Translations under genes and position numbers: made by a program
Notes under the pieces: generated by a model
The model's input: the letters and a program-made list of their open reading frames with translations, nothing else
What the model was told of the DNA's origin: nothing
Database searches by the model: none
NCBI GenBank assembly: GCA_965230515.1
Contig: OZ246007.1
Span: forward strand, 1,991,337 to 2,055,336
Direction of reading: 5' to 3'
Source: Pseudomonadales bacterium
GTDB lineage: Bacteria; Pseudomonadota; Gammaproteobacteria; Pseudomonadales; IMCC2047
Length of the DNA: 64,000 nt
Shown: in pieces, positions 1-10,284 of the stretch
How the letters are laid out: each line of letters opens with the position of its first letter
How positions within the stretch are numbered: position 1 is the first letter of the stretch

Positions 1-45
1 TTTCCCATGTCACCAGCACGTATATGCTTGTTTAGCCACCAACTG

Positions 46-3000
46 CTATAAAGACTGCGGTTGCGCACTCGATGAACCAGACCTGAAGAAGCTCTTCAGG
101 TCCTCCATAATACGATAGTTCACTGGCACCAGAATCAGCGTAATCAGGGTGGCAAAGATAATCCCGAAACCCAGGGATACCGCCATCGGCATCAGAAATT
201 TGGCCTGCGTGGACTTTTCGAACAACAACGGAGCCAGCCCAAAGAAGGTGGTTAGCGAAGTCAGCATGATGGGCCTGAATCGTGCCACCCCGGCACTGTA
301 TATTGCACTATTGATCACGTCCTGAAGCTGCTCACCACCCTTCTCGATCGCGCGCTGCCGGTGTTTGTTGACAAAATCAACCAGTACCAGACTGTCATTC
401 ACCACCACACCAATCAGCGCCATGATACCCAGAATACTCATGATGGTCAGATCAATACCCACCAGCCAATGCCCGACCACCGCCCCAATTGCGCCAAAAG
501 GAATAACCGACATGACGATGAACGGCTGGCTATAGGATTTGAAAGGGATCGCCAACAGACAATAGATAACAAAGAGCACAATCAACACGCCTGTGGTCAC
601 ACTCGACAACGACTCCTGTTGCTCACGAGCTTCGCCTTCCAAACTGTAATCAATACCAGGGTACTGTGCTAGTAATTGCTCAATATACTGGCTCAGATCA
701 GCCTGCAATACAGTCATGTTGGCAGTCTGCTTATCGATATCGGCCGTTACGCTGACCGTGCGGTATTGATCAATCCGGTTAATGGCAGCAGGTCCGCGGC
801 CGGGAATCAAGGTTGCCACATGAGACAGGGGTGCCTGTCCACCGGCGGGCAGGCTAATCAGCATATCCTGCAAAGTGGCGATGGTCCGCCGCTCCTCAAT
901 TGGAAATCGAACAAGCACGCGAATATCATCCCGTCCACGCTGCACCCGTTGCGCCTCAAATCCCTTAAATGCGCGCCCGACCTGAAGGATGACATCGCGT
1001 CTGGTCAGGCCCAACGCATGTCCCTGGTCCGTTAACTCAATCTGGAGCTCCTCTTTGCCGTCGGAAAGACTGTCACTGATGTCGAATACGCTGGGGTAGG
1101 TGGCCAATCGGGCCTTAACGCTATCCGCCACCTGGCCAAGAGTCGCCAGAGAGTTTCCGGTAAACTGAATATCAATAGGATCATGTGGCCGCCCAAATTC
1201 TGCTCGAAAAACCAGCGATTCAGCGCCAGGCACCTCACCAATCAACTCCCTCCATTCCTGAACCAGATCCGCTATGGTTACCGAAGTGGTACGAACTTCC
1301 GCAGCCAGGGTTTCAAATCGTACCCGTCCAACGTTCGAGCCTGATTTGCTAAACCCCGCCTGGCCCGTTTTCGCCAGAATATTGGAAATAAGCGGCTTGC
1401 CCAACAGCGGATCTTCATATTTATCCTGTAGTTGCTCTGCGGTGACGGCCATTTTTTCAATGTAGCGATCGGTAACCTCAAAGGGCGTTCCGGCGGGAAA
1501 GGTCAAGGTCGCCGTGGCTGTCTCACTGGCAATTCTCGGAAAAAATACAAAACGGCTCCAGCCGCTGGTGACCGCCGTAGTCAACACTAACAATACACCG
1601 CAGAATATGACCAACGTGGTGTAGCGATGCTTGATCGCTGTCTCCAACAGTGGACGATAATAATTTACGATAAATTGTTCAAAACGATCCGCAAAACGTT
1701 TCTGTAGTTGTTTTAGTCGCTGCCCTTTTCCGTCCTGCCCATTGTTTAAGCGGATATGTTTTAAGTGGGCAGGAAGAATCAGTTTGGATTCAACCAGAGA
1801 GAACAAAAGAACCGGTATCACCACTAATGCGAGCTGCCCGAACAACTCACCCCGGCGCCCCTCAATGAAGGTAAACGGCAGGAAAGCGACAATAGTTGTT
1901 AATATGCCGAATGTAACGGGTACCGCGACCTCCTTGGTACCCTTGAGCGCTGCCTCCAGGCCACTCTCGGAAGTGCGAAGATGAGTGTAGACGTTTTCTC
2001 CGGTGACAATGGCATCATCCACCACGATACCCAGCACCAGAATGAAACCGAACAGGCTGAGGATATTGAGGGAAACGCCGAACACCGGCATAAAAATAAA
2101 GGCCCCCATAAAACTGATCGGGATACCGAGAAAAACCCAGAAAGCGATTGCCGGACGAAGAAACAGGGTCAACAGCGCGAGGACCAGAATACCACCCTGC
2201 GCGGCGTTACGTACCAACGTGCTGAGACGGTTTTTGACCACTACGGAGTCATCGTCCCAATAGGTCAACTCAACACCCTGGGGTAAAGCCGGCTGTCTCT
2301 GATCAATATAGTCACGCACCGCAGCGGCCACTTGTAACGCACTCTGGTCGCCAATTCGAAACACTTCGATCAGGGCCGCGGGCTTGCCGTTAAACCGGGT
2401 TTTGATCGCATCTTCAGTAAATCCATCCTGAATATTTGCAATATCACCCAGGGTAAGAATTGTGCCGTCGGTGCTGGTCTTAACAACAATCGATTCAAAA
2501 TCATCCCGGTGATAGGCCTGACCTTTGGAGCGGATCAACACATCACCACCATCGGAGCGAATATTTCCTGCGGAAAAATCCAGTGAATGATTCTGAATGG
2601 CAGAAGAAAGCTCGGCAAGCGTTAACCCGAACTCACGCAACCGGTCCTGGGAAATAGTGATGTTAATTTCATAATCGCGCACGGAGCTTAGCTCAGTTTG
2701 AGTAATCTGGGGAAGACGCAACAGGTCATCACGAACCTGCTCGCCCAGCTCTCTGATTTCACGCTCGCTCAAATGACCTGCCACCGCGACCGTAATCACC
2801 TCATGTTTGTGCTGAGCCAGACTGATCACCGGATTTTCAGCTTCGTCTGGCAAGGTGCTGATTGCATCCACCCGGCTTTTTACATCGGTCAACATTTCGC
2901 GCGCGCTGTAGTCTTTCTCCACTTCAATAGTGACCAGCCCTGCGCCCTCCATGGACCGACTGGTGAGACGCTCAATTCCCTCCAAATCCTGCACTGCTTC

Positions 3001-3201
3001 CTCGATTCGAGTGGTAACACCCTGTTCAATATCCTCAGGCGTGGCACCACGCAGTGCCACTGCGATGTTGATCACATCCAGTTCGATGGAGGGAAAAACC
3101 TCCAGAGGTATATTACGATTAACCGAAAATACCCCGGCAATAAAGATGCTCACCATGAGCAGGTTTGCTGCAACATGGTTTCTAACAAACCATTCAATCA
3201 T
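46..3201 (-). CDS. RND efflux transporter permease subunit (AcrB/AcrD/AcrF-like)
   Basis: 1051-aa ORF with RND size and layout: N-terminal TM helix, large periplasmic loops, clustered TM bundles. Its start overlaps the stop of the adaptor gene (3198-3201). Third gene of an OMF-MFP-RND operon. Confidence 0.9.
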   Translation of the reverse strand: MIEWFVRNHVAANLLMVSIFIAGVFSVNRNIPLEVFPSIELDVINIAVALRGATPEDIEQGVTTRIEEAVQDLEGIERLTSRSMEGAGLVTIEVEKDYSAREMLTDVKSRVDAISTLPDEAENPVISLAQHKHEVITVAVAGHLSEREIRELGEQVRDDLLRLPQITQTELSSVRDYEINITISQDRLREFGLTLAELSSAIQNHSLDFSAGNIRSDGGDVLIRSKGQAYHRDDFESIVVKTSTDGTILTLGDIANIQDGFTEDAIKTRFNGKPAALIEVFRIGDQSALQVAAAVRDYIDQRQPALPQGVELTYWDDDSVVVKNRLSTLVRNAAQGGILVLALLTLFLRPAIAFWVFLGIPISFMGAFIFMPVFGVSLNILSLFGFILVLGIVVDDAIVTGENVYTHLRTSESGLEAALKGTKEVAVPVTFGILTTIVAFLPFTFIEGRRGELFGQLALVVIPVLLFSLVESKLILPAHLKHIRLNNGQDGKGQRLKQLQKRFADRFEQFIVNYYRPLLETAIKHRYTTLVIFCGVLLVLTTAVTSGWSRFVFFPRIASETATATLTFPAGTPFEVTDRYIEKMAVTAEQLQDKYEDPLLGKPLISNILAKTGQAGFSKSGSNVGRVRFETLAAEVRTTSVTIADLVQEWRELIGEVPGAESLVFRAEFGRPHDPIDIQFTGNSLATLGQVADSVKARLATYPSVFDISDSLSDGKEELQIELTDQGHALGLTRRDVILQVGRAFKGFEAQRVQRGRDDIRVLVRFPIEERRTIATLQDMLISLPAGGQAPLSHVATLIPGRGPAAINRIDQYRTVSVTADIDKQTANMTVLQADLSQYIEQLLAQYPGIDYSLEGEAREQQESLSSVTTGVLIVLFVIYCLLAIPFKSYSQPFIVMSVIPFGAIGAVVGHWLVGIDLTIMSILGIMALIGVVVNDSLVLVDFVNKHRQRAIEKGGEQLQDVINSAIYSAGVARFRPIMLTSLTTFFGLAPLLFEKSTQAKFLMPMAVSLGFGIIFATLITLILVPVNYRIMEDLKSFFRSGSSSAQPQSL

Positions 3202-4424
3202 TGCTCGATCTCCACCTCGCTATGGCTGACCGGTTGCTCAACGATGCTGCTGACATCTTGATCCGCAACTTTCACCGCAACACCCGATGTCACCTGCCCC
3301 AACGGAGTGAGGACGAGTTGATCGCCAGCCTGCAAACCCCTTTGAACAATCGCTTCACGATCGTTTTGCCAGGCAATCTCTATTTCCCGGCGCAATAGCC
3401 GACCGTTTTCAACCAGATAGACGTAACTACCCTGATAAATGCTTCGGTTGGGAATAACCAGGGTGGCAGGGAGGCTGGCACCTTCTATTTCCGCCGTAAC
3501 ATATTCACCAATTTTCAGCGGTTTTTTATCCTTCGCCTTTAGCCCATAAGGGTCATCTACCTGTGCCACGACATGTAGTTGCCGGCTGGTGCCATCAATT
3601 GCACCTTCCGTACGTACAATTTCGCCCTGCCAGATTTGTGAGTCGATCAACTCAGAGCGCAGCACAACCGGCACACGCTGTTGATCACCCGAAGCACCAA
3701 ACCGTAGATCCTCAGGTAAACGCATGTAACTCAGATCGCTGTTTTTTATCGGAAGCCGTACTTCGATATAATCGATGGCATATATTTCGGCCAGCGCCCG
3801 GTTAACCGAAACCACCTCCCCGACATCCACCTCTTTATTGAGTATGCGGCCAGCAAAAGGCGCCATGATACGGGTTCGCTGAAGATTTAGTTGTGCCTTA
3901 TCAAGCGCCGACTGCGCTGACATCACCTGCGCCTCAGCCGCCTTCAGTTGGGGTTTGCGCAGCACTAGCGGAGGTGCTTCCTGGTCATTCCCAAGGCGCC
4001 GCCAATCCTCAAGTGCCTGCTCAGCTCTGGCCTGCTCCTCAACCAGATTCTGTTTGGCGTTAATCAGAGCCGCTTCGGCAATACTGACCTCCGCCCGGTA
4101 ATCCCGATCATCAATCTGAACCAGCACATCACCCTTTTCAAAAAAACCGCCATTTCTGAATTGGGGACTAACTTCCATAATCTGACCACTCACCTGAGCC
4201 ACCAGCTGGCTTTCAATCCGTGGTCGTACCCGGCCGTAGCTTTGTAATCGAACCTGATAGGTGACCTCGCTGAGCAGTTGAGTGCTGACCGTCAATTGTG
4301 GCTTATCTGCCGCATGAAACCGTTTCGCTTTAGGGGGATTATTAACAATGATCAGCGCCAGGAGCACAAAGGCCGCCAACACCAATACCGGAATCAGGAC
4401 TTTCCTCTTCATTTCCATACTCAT
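3198..4424 (-). CDS. RND efflux periplasmic adaptor (membrane fusion protein, HlyD-like)
   Basis: 408 aa with a single N-terminal anchor (VLIPVLVLAAFVLLALIIV) and a central coiled-coil hairpin (AEVSIAEAALINAKQNLVEEQARAEQ ... AEAQVMSAQSALDKAQLNLQRT) flanked by beta-rich parts. Sits between the OMF and RND genes. Confidence 0.85.
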   Translation of the reverse strand: MSMEMKRKVLIPVLVLAAFVLLALIIVNNPPKAKRFHAADKPQLTVSTQLLSEVTYQVRLQSYGRVRPRIESQLVAQVSGQIMEVSPQFRNGGFFEKGDVLVQIDDRDYRAEVSIAEAALINAKQNLVEEQARAEQALEDWRRLGNDQEAPPLVLRKPQLKAAEAQVMSAQSALDKAQLNLQRTRIMAPFAGRILNKEVDVGEVVSVNRALAEIYAIDYIEVRLPIKNSDLSYMRLPEDLRFGASGDQQRVPVVLRSELIDSQIWQGEIVRTEGAIDGTSRQLHVVAQVDDPYGLKAKDKKPLKIGEYVTAEIEGASLPATLVIPNRSIYQGSYVYLVENGRLLRREIEIAWQNDREAIVQRGLQAGDQLVLTPLGQVTSGVAVKVADQDVSSIVEQPVSHSEVEIEQ

Positions 4425-4430
4425 AAACCG

Positions 4431-5792
4431 TTATTCCCCAGAATCCAATTCAAAATCGCCACCCAGCGCCAGATGCAGGGAAACTCGATTTTGTAACATT
4501 TGATTGCGCAGTTGCACCACTGTGGTTTGTGCATCGAACGCGCGACGTTGCGATTCCAGCACACTGGTATAACTCACCAGACCACGCTGATACTGGTCAA
4601 AAGCCAGATTTTGTGCGGCCACCGCATTTTCCTGCGCCTTGAGAAAGTGCTGATAACGCTGGAACAGAACCTGCTGTTGTCCCAGTGAATTTTCCACCTC
4701 AACAAATGCGGTGTATAGCTGGTCAAGATACTGTTGCTCACGCTGCTGTAATTCAGCCAGTGCCTGCTTTTCCCGCGCCACAAGGCGACCACCCGCAAAC
4801 AGTGGTTGTGTCAGGCCACCGATCAGCGACCAGGCCAACGGGCCACCCTCCAGTAGTCGATTTAACGCATTATCACTGTCCCCCAGACTACCGCTGAGCA
4901 ATAAGGTGGGGAAACGTGCTTTATGTGCAACTGCCAGCCGGGCATCAGCTGCCATCAGTTCGAACCAGGATGCGACCAGACCGGGGCGTCTTTTAAGCAA
5001 CTCTGAGGGCAAGCCCGGAGCGACGGGTTCGTTAAATTCGGGCAGCGTGCTGTCCACTTGCAATTTGCCGGAAGGATAATCTCCCAGCAAATATTGCAGA
5101 CGGTTTACTGCTTCACGCAGCTGCTGTCGCTGTTGCGCAAGCTTGGCCCGCTCTTGCTCCACCTCATTGCGCGCCAGATACACATCCAGTGCTTGGGTAA
5201 TACCCTGGCGATAACCTGACTCGATGATGGTCAGATTACTGTCCAGATTTGACAGCCGCTCTTCGAACAACTGAATGAGTTGGGAGGCTTCGAGCAAGTC
5301 ATACCAGGCACGACTTACATCTGCGGCAAGCTGCTGACGCGCTTGTTCATAGCCCATCTGCCTCGATTTAAAGGATAGCAATGCATCGCGCTTTGCATCT
5401 CCCAGTTTACCCCAAAGATCCAGTTCCCAGCTAAAATCAAATCCGGCCGCAATGTTGCTCGAGTGACTGCTGGTATCTTCAAATACTGTACGTTGCCGTG
5501 AGCCATCCAGACCCAAATTCAATGCCGGGTAGAGCGGAGCACCCGCAATGATGACCTGCTGCCTGGCAGCCTCTAATTCCGCGGCCTGCCGGGCCAGGGA
5601 AAAGTTATGTTTGAGAGCATGGCGGGTAAGCGTCTGCAAGCGAGTGTCACCCTGCCGCTCCACCCATCCGGGAACCACCGGGGCAACCTGATCAACAGCT
5701 TGCCACGCATTCGGAATCTCGGGCTGACTAACCTCGGGAGAAATACCTGTCCGGGCGCAAGCCTGCAACAGAAGCAGCAGCCAAACCAGCAC
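4431..5792 (-). CDS. Efflux outer-membrane factor lipoprotein (NodT/OprM-like)
   Basis: 453 aa with an N-terminal lipobox (LLLLQAC). Two-repeat helical OEP-type sequence rich in Q/L/A/R. First gene of the efflux operon. Confidence 0.85.
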   Translation of the reverse strand: MLVWLLLLLQACARTGISPEVSQPEIPNAWQAVDQVAPVVPGWVERQGDTRLQTLTRHALKHNFSLARQAAELEAARQQVIIAGAPLYPALNLGLDGSRQRTVFEDTSSHSSNIAAGFDFSWELDLWGKLGDAKRDALLSFKSRQMGYEQARQQLAADVSRAWYDLLEASQLIQLFEERLSNLDSNLTIIESGYRQGITQALDVYLARNEVEQERAKLAQQRQQLREAVNRLQYLLGDYPSGKLQVDSTLPEFNEPVAPGLPSELLKRRPGLVASWFELMAADARLAVAHKARFPTLLLSGSLGDSDNALNRLLEGGPLAWSLIGGLTQPLFAGGRLVAREKQALAELQQREQQYLDQLYTAFVEVENSLGQQQVLFQRYQHFLKAQENAVAAQNLAFDQYQRGLVSYTSVLESQRRAFDAQTTVVQLRNQMLQNRVSLHLALGGDFELDSGE

Positions 5793-5984
5793 TAACCGAA
5801 TGATATTTTGGTTCCAAAAATTGATGGGGAGCTCCTTTTCTCTTCCTTTACTCTCGGTATATAGAACCGAAGGCCATAGAATAGTGTCGTGATCGAGCGG
5901 CTATTCTACCCCAATTGAAACCAGGCCAAAGTATCTTTACAAAGCTTTACACAATACAATCAAAACCTTGCGACACCGGTTTTT

Positions 5985-6608
5985 TCAATAGCCGGGTTTC
6001 TGCAACTCATCGAATTCTGCCTCTTTTACAGCTTTCAGTTTTTCTTGTTCAATGATAACAGCTTCCAGTTCACCAATTTCTTTCTGGTCTTCCTTAATCT
6101 TTTGTAACAACGTCAAACGCTGATTTTTATCCGTATCATCACTGATGAGCGCGGCTTCCCTTTCGCGCACCTTTTTCTCGAGTTTTTTAACCCGTGATTT
6201 GCTGCGACTGATTTTATTACGGTGTTCATTAATCGCTTTTGTCAGCTTGTAATGGTCTTTGCCATGCTGATAACCCTCCAAAAACCCTTGCTGCAGGTCC
6301 TCAGGACAAAAACCACTATAGGAAGAACCACGTTTTCCACGCTCAAAGCCTTTCTCAGGGGTGCAATATTCGCGCACGCCCTCTTGATATCCCGTTCTGT
6401 ATGCTGACTGATTTGGCACTACGCCGTGTTTTGCACACGCCTGCCGGTGCTCGCTTATTTGCGAAGAGGCTCGCCCCCTGAGACCATCTTCATAGCCAAT
6501 CGCTCGCCAATCTGCCATCTGACACTCCGACGCACTCATCGAAACACAACCGCTGATCGGTAAAACCAGCGTACATAGTAAAACGCCTCTTATCCCTGTT
6601 GCTTTCAT
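5985..6608 (-). CDS. DUF2799-like lipoprotein with C-terminal coiled coil
   Basis: Signal peptide plus lipobox (LVLPISGC). Cys-rich segment with ADWRAIGYEDGLRGR and GYQEG/GYQHG repeats as I recall for DUF2799, then a K/E-rich coiled-coil tail. The ATG at 6608 is preferred over the TTG at 6623. Confidence 0.55.
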   Translation of the reverse strand: MKATGIRGVLLCTLVLPISGCVSMSASECQMADWRAIGYEDGLRGRASSQISEHRQACAKHGVVPNQSAYRTGYQEGVREYCTPEKGFERGKRGSSYSGFCPEDLQQGFLEGYQHGKDHYKLTKAINEHRNKISRSKSRVKKLEKKVREREAALISDDTDKNQRLTLLQKIKEDQKEIGELEAVIIEQEKLKAVKEAEFDELQKPGY

Positions 6609-6836
6609 ACTAACTCTTCCCAAGTCACAGATTTATGGTTATCAAAGGGCATCTATAATAGGGCTTTACCGGAAAAATGGAAGCCGCGGGGCAATCAGTT
6701 TTAGGGCTGTGACTGCGAGGGCACACTGCAGCGGCTAATGACAACGGGCGGATAACTGACAGTAACAATAGCACACCGATAAAGCCCGACACGCTACAAA
6801 ATTAATCATACTCAATGGCCATTTTTCTTCTCATTT

Positions 6837-6940
6837 CTGGACACCCACCTTTTCATCCACTCTTTTTCATATCTGGACACCCGCAAAATAAAGCACTAAT
6901 TGCCTTTCAATTCTGGACACCCACTTTTTGACTACCCACT
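6837..6940 (+). repeat. Three copies (plus one degenerate) of CTGGACACCC(A/G)C in the ATPase upstream region
   Basis: CTGGACACCCACC at 6837-6849, CTGGACACCCGC at 6873-6884, CTGGACACCCAC at 6913-6924, degenerate GACTACCCAC at 6931-6940. Same GGACACCC core as the 16-mers at 12266-12520. Confidence 0.8.
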
Positions 6941-7125
6941 TTTCGACTAATGCCTTTATTTTCCACAATCCGGGATTATTTACGCCACGGTTGCTGCTAC
7001 TTGATGATGATGTTATCTTCGCCAGCGATGGCACTAACATGCAAGACCCGTATTCATAAAATGGTAATCTTTTAACTTTAAGCTGCACCAACCAGCATAC
7101 AAACCAGCGGAAATCCCATCACCTA

Positions 7126-9843
7126 ATGGATGCATTAACTAAAGACGACCCCACCTGCCCAGACAAGCCGCAATTGATTTCTTCTGCCGAGCTAATGGTT
7201 GACCTGGATTCCTCTCCTGCCGGGTTGTCAAGCAAAGAGGCCAATAAGCGTCGTGAGCGATTTGGTCGAAATGTGCTTCAGGTTAAGCAGGAAACCTCTG
7301 TTTTTATTAAGTTTTTCAGGCAATTCAAAAATTTCTTTGCTGTTTTGTTGATCTTCGGTGGCGGTCTGGCGCTACTGGCAGACCACCTGGATCCAGAACA
7401 GGGCAATCTCTACATCGCCATTGCGCTTTTTGTCGTCGTGGTGCTGAATGCGCTATTTACCTTTATTCAAGAGTTCCAGAGTGAGCGCATCATGGAAAGT
7501 TTCCAGAAAATGCTGCCCACAAAAGTAAAGGTGTATCGTGATGGCACAGTGGTCGAGCAGGATGCATCTGAGCTGGTACCCGGTGACATTATTGTTTTAA
7601 TGGAAGGTGACCGAATTCCGATAGATGGCAGACTGCTGAAGGCGAACCAGTTTAAAGTCGACCAGAGCAGTCTGACCGGCGAGAGCGAGCCGGTGCTGCT
7701 GGATACTGAACATCAACACGACAATATTCTGGAAAGCCGCAACATGGTGTTTTCCGGCTCTCTGGCACAAAGCGGAGAAGCTCATGTCCTGGTATGCCGT
7801 ACCGCCATGGCCACCCAGATAGGCAAGATCGTCAAACTCACCAAGGAGGCCGACGATGTTGAAACGCCTATTCGCAAAGAACTTAAACACTTTATCAAAA
7901 TTATCAGCGGCATTGCGATAACTCTGGGCACTGCTTTTTTCCTGGTCAGCCTCTTTATTGGTAACGGCGCAATCGGCAGTCTCATCTTTGCCATCGGCAT
8001 TATTGTGGCCAATGTTCCGGAGGGCCTGCTACCCACAGTCACCCTTGCCCTGACCATGGCGAGCAAACGGATGGCTCGCAAGAACGCACTGATCAAGAAT
8101 TTGGAGAGTGTGGAAACGCTGGGAAGCACTACGGTTATCTGTACTGACAAAACCGGCACGCTCACGCAAAACCGGATCACGGTCAGCCGCATTGAAACAC
8201 TCGACCAGTGCTACCGATTTGGTCAGGGTGACCAACTTAACGGAAATATATTGAAATCTCTCAGACGGGTGATGCAGCTGTGTAACAATGCACAGCTGAC
8301 CGATTCCGGGTATCTGGGCGATTCCACCGAAGCTGCGCTGCTGATCTGCGCCAGAGATATTGGCGAACTGGAAGTGTTGGACGGCTTTAATCAGGTGGCA
8401 GAAAAACCCTTTACCTCCTCCAGCAAACACATGATCAGCCTGTATCGATTGCCTGAAAGCAGAGGATACGAAGCCTATGTGAAGGGAGCTCCGGAAGTGG
8501 TACTCGCTATGTGTGACTGGATCTGGTACGAGGGAGAGCGGCAACCTTTGACCGAAACATTGCGCGCCAGGATCACCGAACGTTTTATCAGTATGGCCAG
8601 CTGTGGTGAGCGCTGCCTTGGTCTGGCAGCTCAACCGGTCGATGACAACAACCTACCCGAATCCGGATTTGTATTTCTCGGAATCGCCGGCATGCTTGAT
8701 CCGCCGCGCCCCGAAGTCCCGGACGCACTGAACAAATGTCATGGTGCCGGAATCCGCGTGTTCATGCTGACCGGGGATTATGGGCTAACTGCGGAAACCA
8801 TTGCCAATAAAATAGGCCTGTTCACCGGGCAGGGGCAGGTGATTCAGGGTGATGAACTGGCGCAAATGGATGATATCCGTCTAAGCCAGCTTCTGGATCA
8901 AAAAGAGTTGGTATTTGCCCGCATTTCCCCAATGCAAAAACTGCAAATTGTCAAAGCACTGCAGGCGAAGGGAGAAGTGGTGACCGTGACAGGTGACGGC
9001 GTGAATGATTCTCCGGCGCTGAAAAACGCCGATATGGGCGTCGCAATGGGCATCATGGGCACCGATGTCGCCAAAGAAGCGAGCAACATGGTGTTGATGG
9101 ATGATAACTTTGCCACGATTGTTGCCGCCGTTGAGGAAGGGCGAACAATCTTTGAGAACATCAAAAAGTTTATCGCTTATATTTTAACCAGCAACATTCC
9201 GGAAATTTTACCCTTTATCGCTTTTGTTCTGCTAGGTATACCGCTGCCACTAACAGTGGTGCTGATTCTGGCAATCGATTTAGGCACCGACATCCTACCG
9301 GCATTGGGATTGGGCGCAGAAAAACCCGAAACAGACGTGATGCAAAAGCCACCACGAAAACGAAGTGAGCGCCTGCTCACTCGAAACCTGCTGGCGATGA
9401 GCTACGGCATTGTCGGCATGATACAGGCTGCTGCCGGGTTCTTTTCCTATTTTACGGTGCTCTATTCCAACGGTTGGCAGTGGGGCGAGGAGCTGGCCGC
9501 ATCCGATCCTGTTTATCGCACTGCGATCACAGCCTTTTTTGCTTCAATTATCATTTGCCAGATCGCCGATGTGATCATCTGCCGCACACGCCGACAAAGT
9601 CTGTTTACCGTAGGCCTGCTCAGTAACAAACTGGTATTACTAGGGATAGCTTCAGAATTGGTTTTGCTTGGGTTGATCAGTTATGTACCAGCATTGAACA
9701 CCTTTTTTGGCACTGCACCACTGGAACCCTGGCATCTTTTACTCAGTGTTCCCTTTGCCATCGCGATACTGATTGGCGACGAAATTCGCCGTCTGTTCGT
9801 CAGAAGGGAAAACCGCTTTGTATTAAAATGGCTGACCTGGTAA
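7126..9843 (+). CDS. Type II P-type cation-transporting ATPase (Ca2+ / Na+,K+-ATPase-like)
   Basis: 905 aa with motifs LTGESEP (actuator), PEGLLPTV (M4), ICTDKTGTLTQN (phosphorylation site), KGAPE, MLTGD and TGDGVNDSPALKNADMGVAMG. Ten-TM-type layout. Confidence 0.9.
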   Translation: MDALTKDDPTCPDKPQLISSAELMVDLDSSPAGLSSKEANKRRERFGRNVLQVKQETSVFIKFFRQFKNFFAVLLIFGGGLALLADHLDPEQGNLYIAIALFVVVVLNALFTFIQEFQSERIMESFQKMLPTKVKVYRDGTVVEQDASELVPGDIIVLMEGDRIPIDGRLLKANQFKVDQSSLTGESEPVLLDTEHQHDNILESRNMVFSGSLAQSGEAHVLVCRTAMATQIGKIVKLTKEADDVETPIRKELKHFIKIISGIAITLGTAFFLVSLFIGNGAIGSLIFAIGIIVANVPEGLLPTVTLALTMASKRMARKNALIKNLESVETLGSTTVICTDKTGTLTQNRITVSRIETLDQCYRFGQGDQLNGNILKSLRRVMQLCNNAQLTDSGYLGDSTEAALLICARDIGELEVLDGFNQVAEKPFTSSSKHMISLYRLPESRGYEAYVKGAPEVVLAMCDWIWYEGERQPLTETLRARITERFISMASCGERCLGLAAQPVDDNNLPESGFVFLGIAGMLDPPRPEVPDALNKCHGAGIRVFMLTGDYGLTAETIANKIGLFTGQGQVIQGDELAQMDDIRLSQLLDQKELVFARISPMQKLQIVKALQAKGEVVTVTGDGVNDSPALKNADMGVAMGIMGTDVAKEASNMVLMDDNFATIVAAVEEGRTIFENIKKFIAYILTSNIPEILPFIAFVLLGIPLPLTVVLILAIDLGTDILPALGLGAEKPETDVMQKPPRKRSERLLTRNLLAMSYGIVGMIQAAAGFFSYFTVLYSNGWQWGEELAASDPVYRTAITAFFASIIICQIADVIICRTRRQSLFTVGLLSNKLVLLGIASELVLLGLISYVPALNTFFGTAPLEPWHLLLSVPFAIAILIGDEIRRLFVRRENRFVLKWLTW

Positions 9844-9882
9844 TTGCGAAACCTGGATACCGACAAATTGTAATTTTGAAAA

Positions 9883-10284
9883 CTACTCTTCCAGCAAGCC
9901 ATGCAGTACCAGCTCGTTATAACTAATCACACCGATAATCTTTTTATTTTCAACGACTGGACCGACTGATAATCCAAAGCGGAAAAACAGTTTGGCGACA
10001 TAACGAATATCCATATCCGGATCGATACCGACGATAGGTTTGGTCATGATTTCGTAAAGGTTTACGCGCTCTGGCGATTTATTTGGCGCGACAATTTTTT
10101 GTGCAATATCGGGTAATACGACAATACCGTATTCATCATGTTCATTTCGCTTATCAATGAAAACTAAGTGGGCATTCTTTTCTAGCAAGGTGCTAATGGC
10201 CTCTTTAACGGTGGCAAGCCCGTCCATAACAATAAAGTCATCTTTCATGACTTCCCGCGCACTAATTCGTTTTTTGTTACTCAT
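9883..10284 (-). CDS. CBS-pair domain protein
   Basis: 133 aa with two CBS-like repeats (VMKDDFIVMDGLATVKEAISTLL ... GIVVLPDI and IMTKPIVGIDPDMDIRYVAKLF ... GVISYNELV). Its start overlaps the PII-like stop (ATGA at 10281-10284). Confidence 0.8.
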   Translation of the reverse strand: MSNKKRISAREVMKDDFIVMDGLATVKEAISTLLEKNAHLVFIDKRNEHDEYGIVVLPDIAQKIVAPNKSPERVNLYEIMTKPIVGIDPDMDIRYVAKLFFRFGLSVGPVVENKKIIGVISYNELVLHGLLEE

